From Felis catus (Eukaryota): a stretch of 64,000 nt of DNA. How positions within the stretch are numbered: the first letter of the stretch is position 1; the number at the start of each line of letters is the position of its first letter. The notes under the pieces were generated by a model. That model saw only the letters and a list, made by a program, of their open reading frames with translations, was not told where the DNA came from and ran no database searches. Both the position numbers and the translations under genes were made by a program. The stretch is taken from NCBI RefSeq assembly GCF_018350175.1, contig NC_058368.1, positions 224,628,001 through 224,692,000 of the forward strand, given 5' to 3'. Positions 40,447-52,614 of this stretch are shown here, in pieces.

Positions 40447-41805
40447 ACGTTCATAGACTTCAGAACCACTTTTTGTCCGAGAAAATAAAGTTGGTGCCAT
40501 AGCAACAATATCCGTCTTTGCCTTCGATTGGGGGAGGTGTGGGTTGAATCGTGAGGTTTGATTTGTTGCCTGAGATGGTCTTGTTAACATCTACTTTCAT
40601 TCCTTGTGTCACCTAAGCTCCCTTGCACAAGGTAGCACCCTGATGGGAAACATCTCCCATTTAAATCACTTTATCATAGCCTTCATACCAAGTTACCCTC
40701 CATATCGCAACTGGACAAAGGTGATCCATTCCTAAACTGTAGGAGTAAATAATTGACTATGAAGTTCTCAGGGCGAAACATTGCCTACATTTGAATATAG
40801 GAATAAAAATTTGACTTAAAATTTCAAGACTTGGAGGTTTTGAAAGTGAGAACATGCCATAGATTGAAGTTCTCTGATGCTGCATAATTGCCTTTCTTTA
40901 CTTAACAAAAGCAATCTCAGTCTATCCTTCACAAAGCATACTCCTATTCTATATATAATAAAATATCGCCAAAGCCCCCAGATATTGTTTGAAGTATTTG
41001 ACGTCAATGGAAATATGCCTTACTTGCTTGTGTTTTAAGTCGTGTAACTCAGTTTATAATAGAAATATTCCAACTGAAAGCACTTGAATGAAGCAGAACC
41101 GCTTCTTTCAAGTGGGAAGACTATTTTAGAAAAATGCCGACAAACTCTCATCCCGTGCTTATGGCCAAGCACATTCATACAGATTGTCCAGGTTTCTAAG
41201 ATAAAGTCATTTCTCAAAAATAGGAGCTTTCTTGACACCATAATTTTCCCAGTAGAAACTTAAGAGAAACGGTTGATAACGAAGCCCCTGACTCTGCGAG
41301 AGTGACCTGAAAGACAAGGCGATGTCAGATTGATGCTGTGGAACATTGGCTGAGAAAGCGAAGCAAGGCTGTGTGTGCTTTAAGGGTGAACTTTAAATAA
41401 CAGAAAATGTTGGCAAGCTGCTATCTAGTGGCTCTGTTTCGGGAAAATGGATGTACCATCTGCAAAGCTAAACAGACACGACAAGCCTTTGAGGCAGAGA
41501 GAGTAAAATGTTCAATCCATTTGGCAGATAAATCAGGTCATGGATTGGTTTACTTAGCTCCAGTTTCGCATAAACAATATACAAGCAGAAGCGATGAACC
41601 ATTGCTAAATTCAACAGGAAATTCCATTTGAGGTTATATCGATGCTCAAGCTTCAAACGGGCTACGTTCTCCCACTCCATGCCTTTGTTGTTTGACTCTG
41701 CTGCGACTGTCATTGTGTTTTGGTAGTTCCGATGGCAGAATTTACTGGGACAACACATAGTCTCTGGTCAGAGAATAACGGAACCACCATCATCCCAAAA
41801 CTTAC

Positions 41806-41817
41806 CTAGCCACATTT
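41806..41817 (-). CDS. Candidate 12-nt microexon of an unidentified minus-strand gene
   Basis: Minus strand: ttttttcttgccacgtctacttttctattccag|AAATGTGGCTAG|gtaagt. Long pyrimidine tract, about 48 nt free of other AG, upstream UGC, consensus donor, repeat-free flanks. Phase 2 reads xNVA(R/S); phase 1 reads xMWLx; phase 0 reads KCG-stop. Confidence 0.5.
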   Translation of the reverse strand, partial: KCG

Positions 41818-42411
41818 CTGGAATAGAAAAGTAGACGTGGCAAGAAAAAATATATGTACCGAATGCTTTTCCCATTTCCAAAAATACAATAGGAGACATA
41901 TATCCAATCATGATAGAAATGTACTTTCCTAGCATGTCATGGCCACGTGCACACAGCAATCTCGAACAGCCCCCAGTGCCTTCCGCAGCTCAACACTGAC
42001 AGGCGGCAGCCACACGTACCTTCTACCTTTGATCCTGGAGCAAAATTTTACATTGCATTGGTTAGTGTAATGAAATACTACGTTCTGCTTGACTTCCTTC
42101 TACTTTATAGAATTCCGTGCTTTCTCGAGAGCAGAGACACGTTTTCCTTTTCAAGTGTGATGAAAGAATAACAACTACATTTCACTTTCCTTCTGTGTGA
42201 AGGTCCAAGTTCACATACGATAGAACGTTAAGATCCGAGCCCCTTTTGTGGTTTCCTACGAACCAAAGTAAGAAATTCAGTTTAATAAACTAAATTAGAA
42301 TTGTTCTTTTTGTCTTTACACTATCAGAATATTTCGGACTCGTTGGATTACAAGAAAGGAATATCTTAATAGAAGCAGAAAGACTTTTTTTAGTCCCATT
42401 GCAGAAATCTT

Positions 42412-42631
42412 TTTTTTAAATTTTTTTTAACGTTTATTTATTTTTGAGACAGAGAGAAACAGAGTATAAACAGGGGAGAGGCAGAGAGAGAGGGAGACAC
42501 AGAATCTGAAATGGGCTCCAGGCTCTGAGCTGTCAGCACAGAGCCCGACGCGGGGCTCGAACTCACGGACCGTGAGATCCTGACCTGAGCCGAAGTCGGA
42601 CGCTTAACTGACTGAGCCACCCAGGCTCCCC
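42412..42631 (-). mobile_element. Felid Can-SINE
   Basis: TSD ccattgcagaaatctt at 42396-42411 and 42632-42647. Confidence 0.96.
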
Positions 42632-43191
42632 CCATTGCAGAAATCTTAACAATAACAACAAATGTATGTTTTTCAATTCTGTTTTTCTTTATTTTGACAA
42701 GATATTTTAAAATATTTTACCTCTGTTTTTGTCCGTAATTACCTAATTTTTTTTTTGGGTATTTTTTTAAATGTGGAATAATATCAAGCCATAATAAGAC
42801 CTGTAATATCCTCAATTTATTGCTTATGTTTTTTGCCAAATTTGAGTATCAAAGTATTTACTGCAATATAGGGAGGTTCAGTTCACACACACACAAACGC
42901 TGTTTCGTATTATGCAATGTTTAGAATCATATAGTGTTTTGTATTTTATATTTTGCATTATGTATATACAGATATAATGCTTTAAGGATATTATAACTTA
43001 ATTCGGTGTGAAATTAATACAATGATTTGTTGAATACAGCACTATGAGACCGATATTTGAGCAAAAACTGTATATATCTAGCTAATCTTTAATTTTAATC
43101 TAGCGAGAAATGTTGATCCAGATACAATGAATATAATTGCTTCTGTACTGGTACAGGTTAAATTTATTTTGTTTCCATTACTCTTTTATGG

Positions 43192-43629
43192 TGTGTCCCA
43201 AGCTGATTGTAATGGACTCTTAGTTACTTCTCACAGATTCCCCTTCAGGACTGAAGGTTTTATTCTCCAGCCTGAGTATGCTGCTGCAGGCTGTCCTACG
43301 GAACTTTCTCCAGGGTTTGCCCTCTGTTGAAGAAGGCTTCATGCCCAAGTTAATGCATCCCTCCCGGGGACAGCCCACATGTAGTAACTGCCCAATGTGA
43401 GGCTGTAAACCCTGCCCCTTCTTCCAAATGTCAGAGAACTCTGAAGAGTATTTCTAGCTTCAGAGCTCACTGGCTGAGCTAGGGATTTAATGCGACGGCA
43501 CTGAAGCTCTGATTCTCCTCCTGCCATACCCTGCTTTCTTCCTTCCCTCAAGAATTGTTGAAGCTGAGAATACTACCATGTAAGTCCCCTGTACTCTATT
43601 CTATGCCCTCGAGAACGTGACCTGCAACA
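43192..43629 (+). mobile_element. LTR16C-like ERVL 5' LTR
   Basis: agattccccttcaggactga..ggggacagcccacat..aactctgaagag..cttcagagctc..gacctgcaaca. Confidence 0.8.
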
Positions 43630-45545
43630 CTTTGTACCAGGACGAGTTCAAGATAGTAGACGTTACAATGTGATGTTGCAATTGGACCACTCAACGTTGC
43701 CACCACCCGGCTGGCAACGAGGACCTCATCACTGGCAGGACATGGCCAGAAAAGTCTCTGCAGATTGAAGTGCAATTGCTCAGCTTTCATTAGTGGTGAG
43801 CTGGGATTGCATGCCTGTGGCATGAAATACATTAGTGGATGTGATAAAAAATACAGTTGAAAATGTGATCATTATAACAATGAACTTGGATGGTTCTTGC
43901 GTAGGGTAACTATGATTTAGTAAAAACAAGTGCAAAGGGCAGAGGGCCACATTTCAGAATATGAAAAAGCACTCCTTCTCTGAAGGTGGAAGGAGAACAA
44001 AGCTAAAGACATAACATAGAACTTAATCGTAAGAGCTCCAAATAAAGATACATTCTCAAATTAGGCAAGTGCACTATGTTGTACTGATACTATCGTATCA
44101 GGACTACTATAGAAAAAATGGAACCCTGATACAGGGGATGGTGACATCTAGGTTGATGTCCTTGAACATTATGTATTTCCCAAACCCATCCTATTGAAGG
44201 ATGGTGAGGGAAGGTGATGCAGAGGACCTTGTCTTGCAATAAAACAAGGGTCCCCTCAATACTTAATACCCACATTTCTTTCTGTGGTAATAACATAACA
44301 GGGTCAGAGAAGCTCAATACTTTTCTAGGGGGAAAAGGGACTATATGCAGAAGGAGTTATAGGACCTAGGCCATATGTGCCAACAGGAGATTGGCGAGGG
44401 TGAGTGTGTTTAGGGCTAGATCTCAAAGGTGCTGGATCAAGAAGGAAACATGAAATCAGAAAAGAGATTGTTTATCAAATTGTGAACACTCTCACAAGAT
44501 AGAATCTCAGGTCGTGGCAATAACCCTGAGAGATGGAATAAATACGCTACCATGATGGGTCAAAGAAGCTTTGAGAAAATGATGGCTTATAGTAAGTGAG
44601 GTGTAGGTGTCCAAACTACCATAGTAGACAACAGAAGAAAGGGTGAAAGATTTAGAGAATTGGATATGATGGAATTTTTATTCTGTAGAAGATCAGGAAG
44701 CCCACTTGGTGAGTACAGTCCCCAGAATGGGCCACCGGATGTTCATTGTCCAAAGCAATAAGGATGCACTAGTGGTAGGAGCACCGATACTATGACAAAA
44801 ACTCACTTGGTGATTGTTGTCTACAGGAAGGTCTGATGGTAGGAGATACTGTATAGAAATGAGCACCCCAATAGCAAGGGAAGTGGAAAGATGGTCAGAA
44901 GTCTGATGGCTGTAGCACTAGTAAAAATTATGACCCTTTGACCCATTTCTGGACCTAAACCAGTTTTTAAACCTAAAACCCATTTTTTGAGGGAGTGTCA
45001 TTTTCCCAAGGCAGACAACACTAAAATATCAGTGCACCTGCATATATAATGTCCCGGTCTTTTCCCAAAGATACCTATAGTGACTTACTTGAGTAATAGT
45101 ACAGAGAGGAAAAACTAATAGCCAGATATTTTAAGAACCATTAAGGTAAGGGGTAAAGTTGATATCGATTCTCTGGGATTCAAAGCCTCACCGTGAATCC
45201 CCTATGAGAGTAGGGGCCTCTGTAGGACAAGTAATAAAATCCTGATACTAATCCAGTCAACATGGTCTACTGAGACCATGCACGTACCAATGATGATATC
45301 TCTTACTGCCGGTGAAACCCTGGAATGGACTTCCTAGGGAATGGGCCGCATTCCCGTGCTGGTTTGGTGCCTATAGAGCAGGAGTTTCTCATTAGAAAAA
45401 GCTAAGTTCAAGCCTCTGGAACTCTCCGCTACACTGGGAAAGATGGTCATAAAAAGCAGACAAACAAAACAAAACAAAAAAACCCCACAAAAAACCCAAA
45501 ATAGTAGCACATTCTACTTCAGTAGCAGATATTAGTGTCACCCTG
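43630..45545 (+). mobile_element. ERVL internal region (ERV3-16A3-like): PBS, decayed gag and protease, 3'-truncated
   Basis: PBS-like ttgtaccagga directly after the LTR; ggctggcaacgaggacctcatcactgg; gag remnants tggaaccctgatacaggggatggtgacatc (WNPDTxDGDI), aaggtgctggatcaagaagga (KVLDQEG), tttagagaattggatatgatggaa (FRELDMME); many stops and frameshifts. Confidence 0.8.
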
Positions 45546-45639
45546 TATTAGTTATCAATTTCCCCACTGAAGAATTTTGCACAAATGATTACATATGCCA
45601 AAAAAAATCTCTCTTCTTCTATTTCATCTCATAAAGTAT

Positions 45640-45865
45640 ACTGTTTCAAACTTAGTTCAATCCTCACTTCCTTTAAAAGCTGTCTTATACTGTTTCAATT
45701 GGACCAACCCCCCCTACCATGCTATCCTAGTATCACATACTTTTTCTCTGGGCAACTTGTCTTTCTAATACATGTTTATTTGATGAACGTGTGTTCTTTG
45801 TACTAGAATTGCTATTTTAGCTCAGAATCCAGGATAAACTCAATAAACGGTACGATGAATGATTT
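45640..45865 (+). mobile_element. L2 3' fragment
   Basis: tttgtactagaattg..actcaataaacggtacgatgaatga. Confidence 0.45.
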
Positions 45866-46063
45866 GGTTATATCTAGGCCTCCCAGAATTCTAACACAGG
45901 GAATGTATCTTGTGCAATTTGATATATCTTATAGACAAAGATGATTATTGCACATCACAAACTTCATTTCGTAGCATTTTCTTAGGACCAAAAAAATCTA
46001 TTATAACACCCATCTTTGAAACAAGAAAAAGAAATGGACCTAAATAAAACCATCCCAGGCTGC

Positions 46064-46265
46064 AGGAGCGTCTCGGTGACTCAGCCGGTTAAATGTCTGC
46101 CTCCTGCTTTCGTCTCAGGTCATGACTCCGCGGTTCATGAAATCGAGCTCCACGTTCGACTCTGTGCTGATAGCATAGAGCCTGCTTGGGATTCTTTCTG
46201 TCCCTCTCTCTATTCCCCTCCCCCACTCTCTCTCTCTCTCTCAAAAGTATAAATAAACATTTATT

Positions 46266-46298
<33 letters not shown>
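46064..46298 (+). mobile_element. Can-SINE with (CA)n after the tail
   Basis: ggtgactcagccggttaaatgtc..tcaggtcatgac..CT tract. Confidence 0.9.
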
Positions 46299-46299
<1 letters not shown>

Positions 46300-46738
46300 C
46301 GTCCTAGGCTACATATTGTTAGAACTTGTAGTTGAGGTTGCTGGTGGCCAATGAACTCACAAGTGTCAGTAGTATCCTACATGAGTGGCAAGACTTTCAC
46401 TATCTCCACAAAGATCTCTGGCCCAAAGAGTGGAGTTTGATAGTAATTCTTGCTACAAGAAAAAAGCAAACAAAACAAACAAAACAAAACAAAAATCCTA
46501 GGAAATAACAGTGGCTCTGGGAAAATGTAAATACGGATAAAAAATAAATATTGTATAACATCTTATAATAAAAATAAACACGTGTGAATGGATAAATGGA
46601 TAAATATAATGTCATACACTTAATACTCTAGCGGAAACTCACGTGTGCTTCAACATGAGTACAAAAGTACTTAACTTCTACTTTAGAAAGGTGTGTTAGT
46701 CTAGGGAAGATTTTGAGGAAGAAACATCATCCCAACTG

Positions 46739-46789
46739 ATTATCTATCTATCTATCTATCATTTATCTATCATCTATCCATCTATCTAT
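46739..46789. repeat. (TCTA)n tetranucleotide repeat
   Basis: Direct read. Confidence 0.85.
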
Positions 46790-46989
46790 AACAGAAGGTG
46801 GAACCAGGGAAATCATTTATTTAGCACAAAGCACAGTTTAAATTGTCTTATATGCATAATCTTATTTAGTATACCCAACAACTCTGTAAATGAGATCCCA
46901 TACTCCTACTTTATAGAGCCAGTGGAGGAGGAATTTATATGTATTCTTGTGCAACAGGTATTATGCCAGCTTTATATATGTTTTTGTTC

Positions 46990-47208
46990 ATTAAAAACAA
47001 AAACTTCTATGCTTATTTATTTTTGAGGGAAAGAGACAGAACATAGTGGAGAAGAGGCAGAGAGAGAGGGAGACACAAAATCCGAAGCAGGTTCCAGGCT
47101 CTGGGCTGTCAGCACACACAGCTGGACACCGGGCTCGAACTCACGATCTGTGAGATCACGATCTGAGTGACGTCAGGCGCCCAACCAACTGAGCCACCGA
47201 GGCGCCCC
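46990..47208 (-). mobile_element. Felid Can-SINE inside MIR remnants
   Basis: gggagacacaaaatccgaagcaggttccaggc..gagccaccgaggcgcccc. Confidence 0.93.
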
Positions 47209-48884
47209 TATTCTTGTTTCATACTGAGAACAATGCAAGAATGTAGGTTTTCTTATTGTTATTTTATATACAAAAAAGCCCAAGTTAAAGAGAATGATTA
47301 ATGTACTGAAGGTCTCAGTCCCAAAATAATAGTCGAGACATAATTTGAACCCAAGCTTTTGTATTCCTACTCCACAATGTGGAAAAAGTCCCTTTAAGGT
47401 CAGAGAAAATGTGAATTTAAGGAGTTATAAACACACTTGGCAGAACATCAGATCTTTATTGAACCTGTTATTCTACTCACTGTACACAACATCTCCTGAG
47501 TAGAGAAGCTGTTTTCTAAAGAGGTCTATGAAAGTCAACTCTATCTTGATGTTTAGGAAAAATATGCATTATAATGGAAAAGTGACATATAATTTATTTG
47601 AAGTCTTTCTGTATTTCACTTTTTATAGAAGTTTCCTATTATACAGAAGTTGAGATAGGAACAAAAATAGGTATAGAGAAAGATGATAAATAGATTCAGA
47701 TAAATAAGTTATCCACATATTTTCACAAAGCATATAATTATCTCAATGTCTTTGCTTTCAAATTACAAGGCACATGATATCTATTGAAGAGTAACACGTG
47801 TAATAGTTTACGCAGTAAATTGTGTTATTTTTAAAGAAGATTTTTCATTTTAAACTTTCATTAATATTACACGAGTGTATCTTATCATAGTAGCACCCAG
47901 CCAGTTAAAATGTAGGGTAAATGAAATAACATAATATTTAAGAACCTGGGATCTTAGATCCTATAATGATTTATTTATGAGCCATCTGGTTATACAGACA
48001 AGATACTATGGTCAAATGTGCTCTATATGCATGGAAAGAAAGAATCATTCAGAAAGAGATAATTAGGTTTTATGAGTTAAATCCCAAGGCATGCTGTAGG
48101 ATTTAGGTAACTGACTTTTGTTGCGAGTGAAAACATTGTACAAATACATATTATAGTGTATATAATAGAATGTTATGTAGTTAGAACATTATCATATATA
48201 TGTGCACATGCACATACTTATTGTATCAGTTCACCATAGCAAGAGGAGCTTAGAACTACAACATTTTATCTAGGGGATTATAAATGCAACACGAGGAGTA
48301 TGACTCATTCTGAATTCTTAAGGGACGTCAGGGGAACCCAAGGGGTAATGGCCTCCCATTTCTGTTAGTACCGTCATTAATCAATTTTTGCCTCCCCATC
48401 TGTCACATGTCTTCAGTGGACATGCACAAATGCCTATCGAGGGTCGTACGTGGGATGGGATGGGAGATGGTATGAAACCATTTCAGTTTCTTTTTGATGG
48501 ATTCCTAATTTAAGTGCTGCTCATGGATGGGGTAAAATTAATTGACTTCCAAAACAAGTAGAAAGGATGTAGATTATAACAAGCCCAAAGTCTTTTTCAT
48601 AATAAAAAAAACATGACTCCCTCGAGCGTAGCCAAAAATCGAAATGAAAAGTATTCTCCAATCTGTAATCAATGTTGCAAGCCAAGACAACTAAAATTAA
48701 AAGCAAAATTTGGAACAGTTTCAAGGCATCGTGGACGTGAGTCTGATAATAAGCTGGAAGTACACCAGAGCATAGCATACAATACATATGTTGGACACTG
48801 CGCAATTCCATTATGCCATGTACATTTGCTAGGATTTTTATGGTGCTTCCCACTCCTGCAAGGTGTGGAATATGGCCGCCTTAC

Positions 48885-48914
48885 CCATCTATACATTCTG
48901 GACATCTATTATAT
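48885..48914 (-). CDS. Candidate 30-nt microexon, (x)YNRCPECIDG in phase 2, of an unidentified minus-strand gene
   Basis: Minus strand: ctgac branch-like motif..gtttttatttgcattgttatag|ATATAATAGATGTCCAGAATGTATAGATGG|gtaagg. UGC at -13 to -11; only one stop-free frame; an internal AG gives an in-frame 21-nt variant; repeat-free flanks. Confidence 0.45.
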
Positions 48915-49582
48915 CTATAACAATGCAAATAAAAACTTAACAATGGTGCATGGGAGTGTCAGATGCTGGAGCTCTACACAACAATTATAAATACCATTTA
49001 TCTTTGTTTTTATATTAATAACCTATCCCTTTTTTGCTGTGAAGATGAATAATCTTATCATTGGTTGGATGATGGAGGCTTGGATAATCTGTGCTCCCAA
49101 ACAAATACAAAAACGAAAATAGATATCAGGTCTCACCTGCAGGGAAAAACTGCTTCATATACCCAAGAATTTTGGGGGGAGGGTGGGGTGGCAAGAGGCA
49201 CCCAAATATTTGTAAGTACTTATTATTTTCTCCAAGCATTCATATGATTCAAATAATGTGCATCCATGTGCATATATGAGGTTTATATCTAACAATAAAC
49301 CATACAGGACATAGTGCAGAATTTATCAACAACACCCTATTTCTGTGTGTTCATGTCCTATAGAGGATAGAAATATATACCTCCCAAGAATGTGAGCTAT
49401 AGGGCTGTGAGACATCAAATAGAGTGGGAGTTATTGGGCCCATAGATGTAAATTTATTTTAATAGATACTTCTCTTGTTTGCTTATTATAGACATTTTGA
49501 TACTAAATGTCAATTGAATATAGAATATTATAATTTGCTACATGGTCTCGATAATTATATTTTCTTATTTATCAGACTGTAC

Positions 49583-49795
49583 GCTTTTTTGTCTTTTTTT
49601 TTTCCTAATGTTTGTTTATTGTTGAGAGAGAAGGAGAGAGCAGGGGAGGGGCAGAGAGAGAGGGGGACCGAGGATCGGACTGTGCCGACAGCAGATAGCC
49701 CACTGTGGGACTTGAACTCACAAATCTCACGAATCTCGAGACCATGACTTGAGCCGAGGTCTGACGCTTAAGTGACTGAGCCACCCAGGCAACCC
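49583..49795 (-). mobile_element. Can-SINE
   Basis: gcaggggaggggcagagagag..gactgagccacccagg. Confidence 0.92.
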
Positions 49796-49929
49796 TAGAA
49801 GATTTTGTGGATTATATACAAATAGTTTAAAGTTTCAAAATTTGAATAAAATATTTAAATTTCTAAAGAACATAGGTCAGAGAGAGGGTGTAATAGATTT
49901 CAGAACTATCTAAGTCAATATACCTAGCT

Positions 49930-50648
49930 ATCTAAATTGAGGGGAAACGGGCAATTCAACAATAATATTTGGGTACTTCAATACCTCACTTTCAATAATG
50001 GACAGAGCATCTGACAGAAGATTAACAAGAAAATAGAAGCCATGAAAAGCAATGTAATCTCTTTAGACCCAACAAACATCTACAGAACACTCCCACCAGC
50101 AGCATTGGAATATGCATTCTTCCCAAGGGCAAATGAAACATACTTCAGGACAGACCATGTGTTAAACCATAATATGAGGCTCAACAGATTTTAAAAGATT
50201 GAAATTGTAGAACGTATGTTCTTCTACCAAAATGGAAAAAGATTAGAAATTGATAATTCACCAATTTTTGAATTCACAAAATACTTTGAAATTAAACAAC
50301 ACACGCACTCCTAAATAATTAATGGGTAAAAAGAGAATTCACAAAGGCAATTAGAAAATACTTAAGATGAAAAAAAAAATGAGTGCAACGTGCCAAAATC
50401 GTATTCTGATAAAGCAGTGCTTACAGGGAAATTTACATCTACACATGCCTATATGAAAAAAATAAATAAATTAAGATTTCTAACCAATAACCTAACTTTT
50501 CATCTGATGGAACTAAAAAAAGAAGAGCCAACGAAGCTTAAAGTAGCAGTAAAGAAATAATACAGATTGAAGAGGAAGGAAATGAAACAGAATTAAAAAA
50601 CAACAGAGAAAATAAACCCAAAAATTGGCTCTTTGAAAAGCTCAGCAA
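49930..50648 (+). mobile_element. L1M ORF2 endonuclease-region fragment
   Basis: ttcaatacctcactttcaataatggacaga (FNTxLSIMDR), atctacagaacactc (IYRTL), gaccatgtgtta (DHVL), aagattgaaatt (KIEI). Confidence 0.88.
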
Positions 50649-51609
50649 TTAACTCTGCGTTTTAAACTTAATTTCGAACTGAGGAATCCATCCTTTAAGA
50701 ATTATATGTGTGAGCTAGCAGGTGGAAAAGTATGTTCTTGGCCTTGAAGCCTTAACTGGTATTCCTGATCGCACATGGCAGAGTAAATTTATGACAGTTC
50801 AAATACCGATAATGAGAAAACATCTTGGACTGGATATACTGATATCTTTAGGACAGAAGTCACAAGAACAAATTCTCTCTAAATATGTAAAATAATTCCT
50901 AAGGGAAGGAATTAGTTATAAGGGCAGTTCTAGGTATTTCTTTCCAAGGGTGGAAATGGTAGTGTGAGATGAGGTACGCAAATAGAGTTAGCTGCCTTGC
51001 ACAGCAGCTGACACGTAAAACAAAATAAAGTTCCAGAAAATTTTCTGTGATCCTCTGGTTAGCAAATCTGAACAAGAATAACGATCCAGTTCTTTTTATG
51101 AAATACTGGTCATTTTTCCATCACACGAGCTTGTCATATTGCAACTATCCTTCTCTCACCTTTTTCTATGCGTTAGGATTTTCATCGACTGAATAAGAAG
51201 AAAAATAGGCTTACTGGTTCTCATTATTCCATCTGTAGATTAGGGCCATAGGCCGGCTTACAATTACCAAACATTTATCAATATTACCAAAAATGTGCTA
51301 ATTGGATTAGACCAGCTACTAGTAAGTAAACGATCCAAAGAGGCAACTTGTTTTCATTTTGTATCTTTAGCACCTAGGAGCGTGCCTGGCGTATAGTAGG
51401 GATTCAGTGAATACTGGTTGAATGAATTGACTCAATCCACAATGTCAGCTCAATATATTTGACCCAGAAAAGATGGAGGATTTCAATCAGTTATCAATGA
51501 ACTAATCAAAAATTTTCACCTGAAGAGCCTAAAACGCTTCAATGAGATGCTATACCCCAAAATTAGTCAGGGATTGTATCATGTATTGTTACCGTGATTT
51601 TGTCTGAAC

Positions 51610-51973
51610 TTTTGTGTTGTATTTTATTCATGATACTTTCCTACAAAGCATACCACTATGCTTTCTGGCTTAAAACTGCACATATTTATTGTCTCAGAGT
51701 AGCTGTGTATTGGAAATCTGGCATAGCTTTGCTGTATCCTCTGAGTGTGGATCTCTCCATCAGTCTCATCCAGTCCTTGATGTTAACTAGGACAGGAGTC
51801 TCCATCTGCACGCTTCCCGAGGTTGGTATTCCTCCTTGGCCACGTGGTTGTTGGAAGCATCCCATTTTGGGGATGCTGGGCAGAGAGCTTCTTTGCTTGC
51901 CGTTGTCACACGCTTGGATCCTAGGGGTCACCTGCAGTTCTAAGCGGGATTCTCCAGCATGGCTGCTTGCCAA

Positions 51974-52016
<43 letters not shown>

Positions 52017-52200
52017 AAAGTACGCACTAAAATTGTAGGTAATATAGTCACATTTACACATCCAAATATTCTGTCACCTTTTATATCCTACTGGTTAGAA
52101 GGACGTCACAGTCTTGCCCACAGTCAAGGTGAAGGGCTCATACAAAGGTCTAACACTAGAAGGCCAGAAACATGGCAGCCACCTTTAAAGTCTGTCCCCT
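51610..52200 (-). mobile_element. MLT1F/G-like LTR with (GA)n
   Basis: tggcttaaaactgcacatatttattgtctcaga..ggaaatctggcatagctt..ctactggttagaag..cttgcccacagtcaagg. Confidence 0.7.
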
Positions 52201-52614
52201 GTAGGTAGGGGGAAACCTAAGCTGTTTACAAACAACATTTCTGTTGTACTGACAGTAAGAAAAAAAAAAATAATAGGAACTCACATTCAGCTTAGAAGTT
52301 CTAGCTTATCTTAGAGAACGTATGAAAAAGGATCAAAAAAGAATGTTGTGAGAGTTGATACCAGACTTGGTAACAAATTTCAAAAGGATTTTTGACAAGC
52401 CAAAAAAATATAATTAGCTCTGAATTCTAACAACTGAAAGATGAATAGCTTGTTCACATCGCCCAGCCTCAGCTGATCCACTGCTCGCGGACATGGACAG
52501 ATTGCTTCCCTTCAAGATGCCTCCTGGAAGCACGGAGATTAGTGATGAGTAAGGATGGGAGAAAGTACATTCCGTTGCACAGTGGAGATGTTGAGATTGA
52601 GGCAAGCCTTACAT

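Noticed and set aside
48521..48990. Three overlapping ORFs considered as a transposase or viral remnant
   Set aside because: No DDE, RT or viral motif found in any frame and no matching terminal repeats; the microexon explanation fits better.
51594..52208. Longest ORF (204 aa)
   Set aside because: Lies within an MLT1 LTR and crosses a (GA)n tract; non-ATG start and no recognisable domain.
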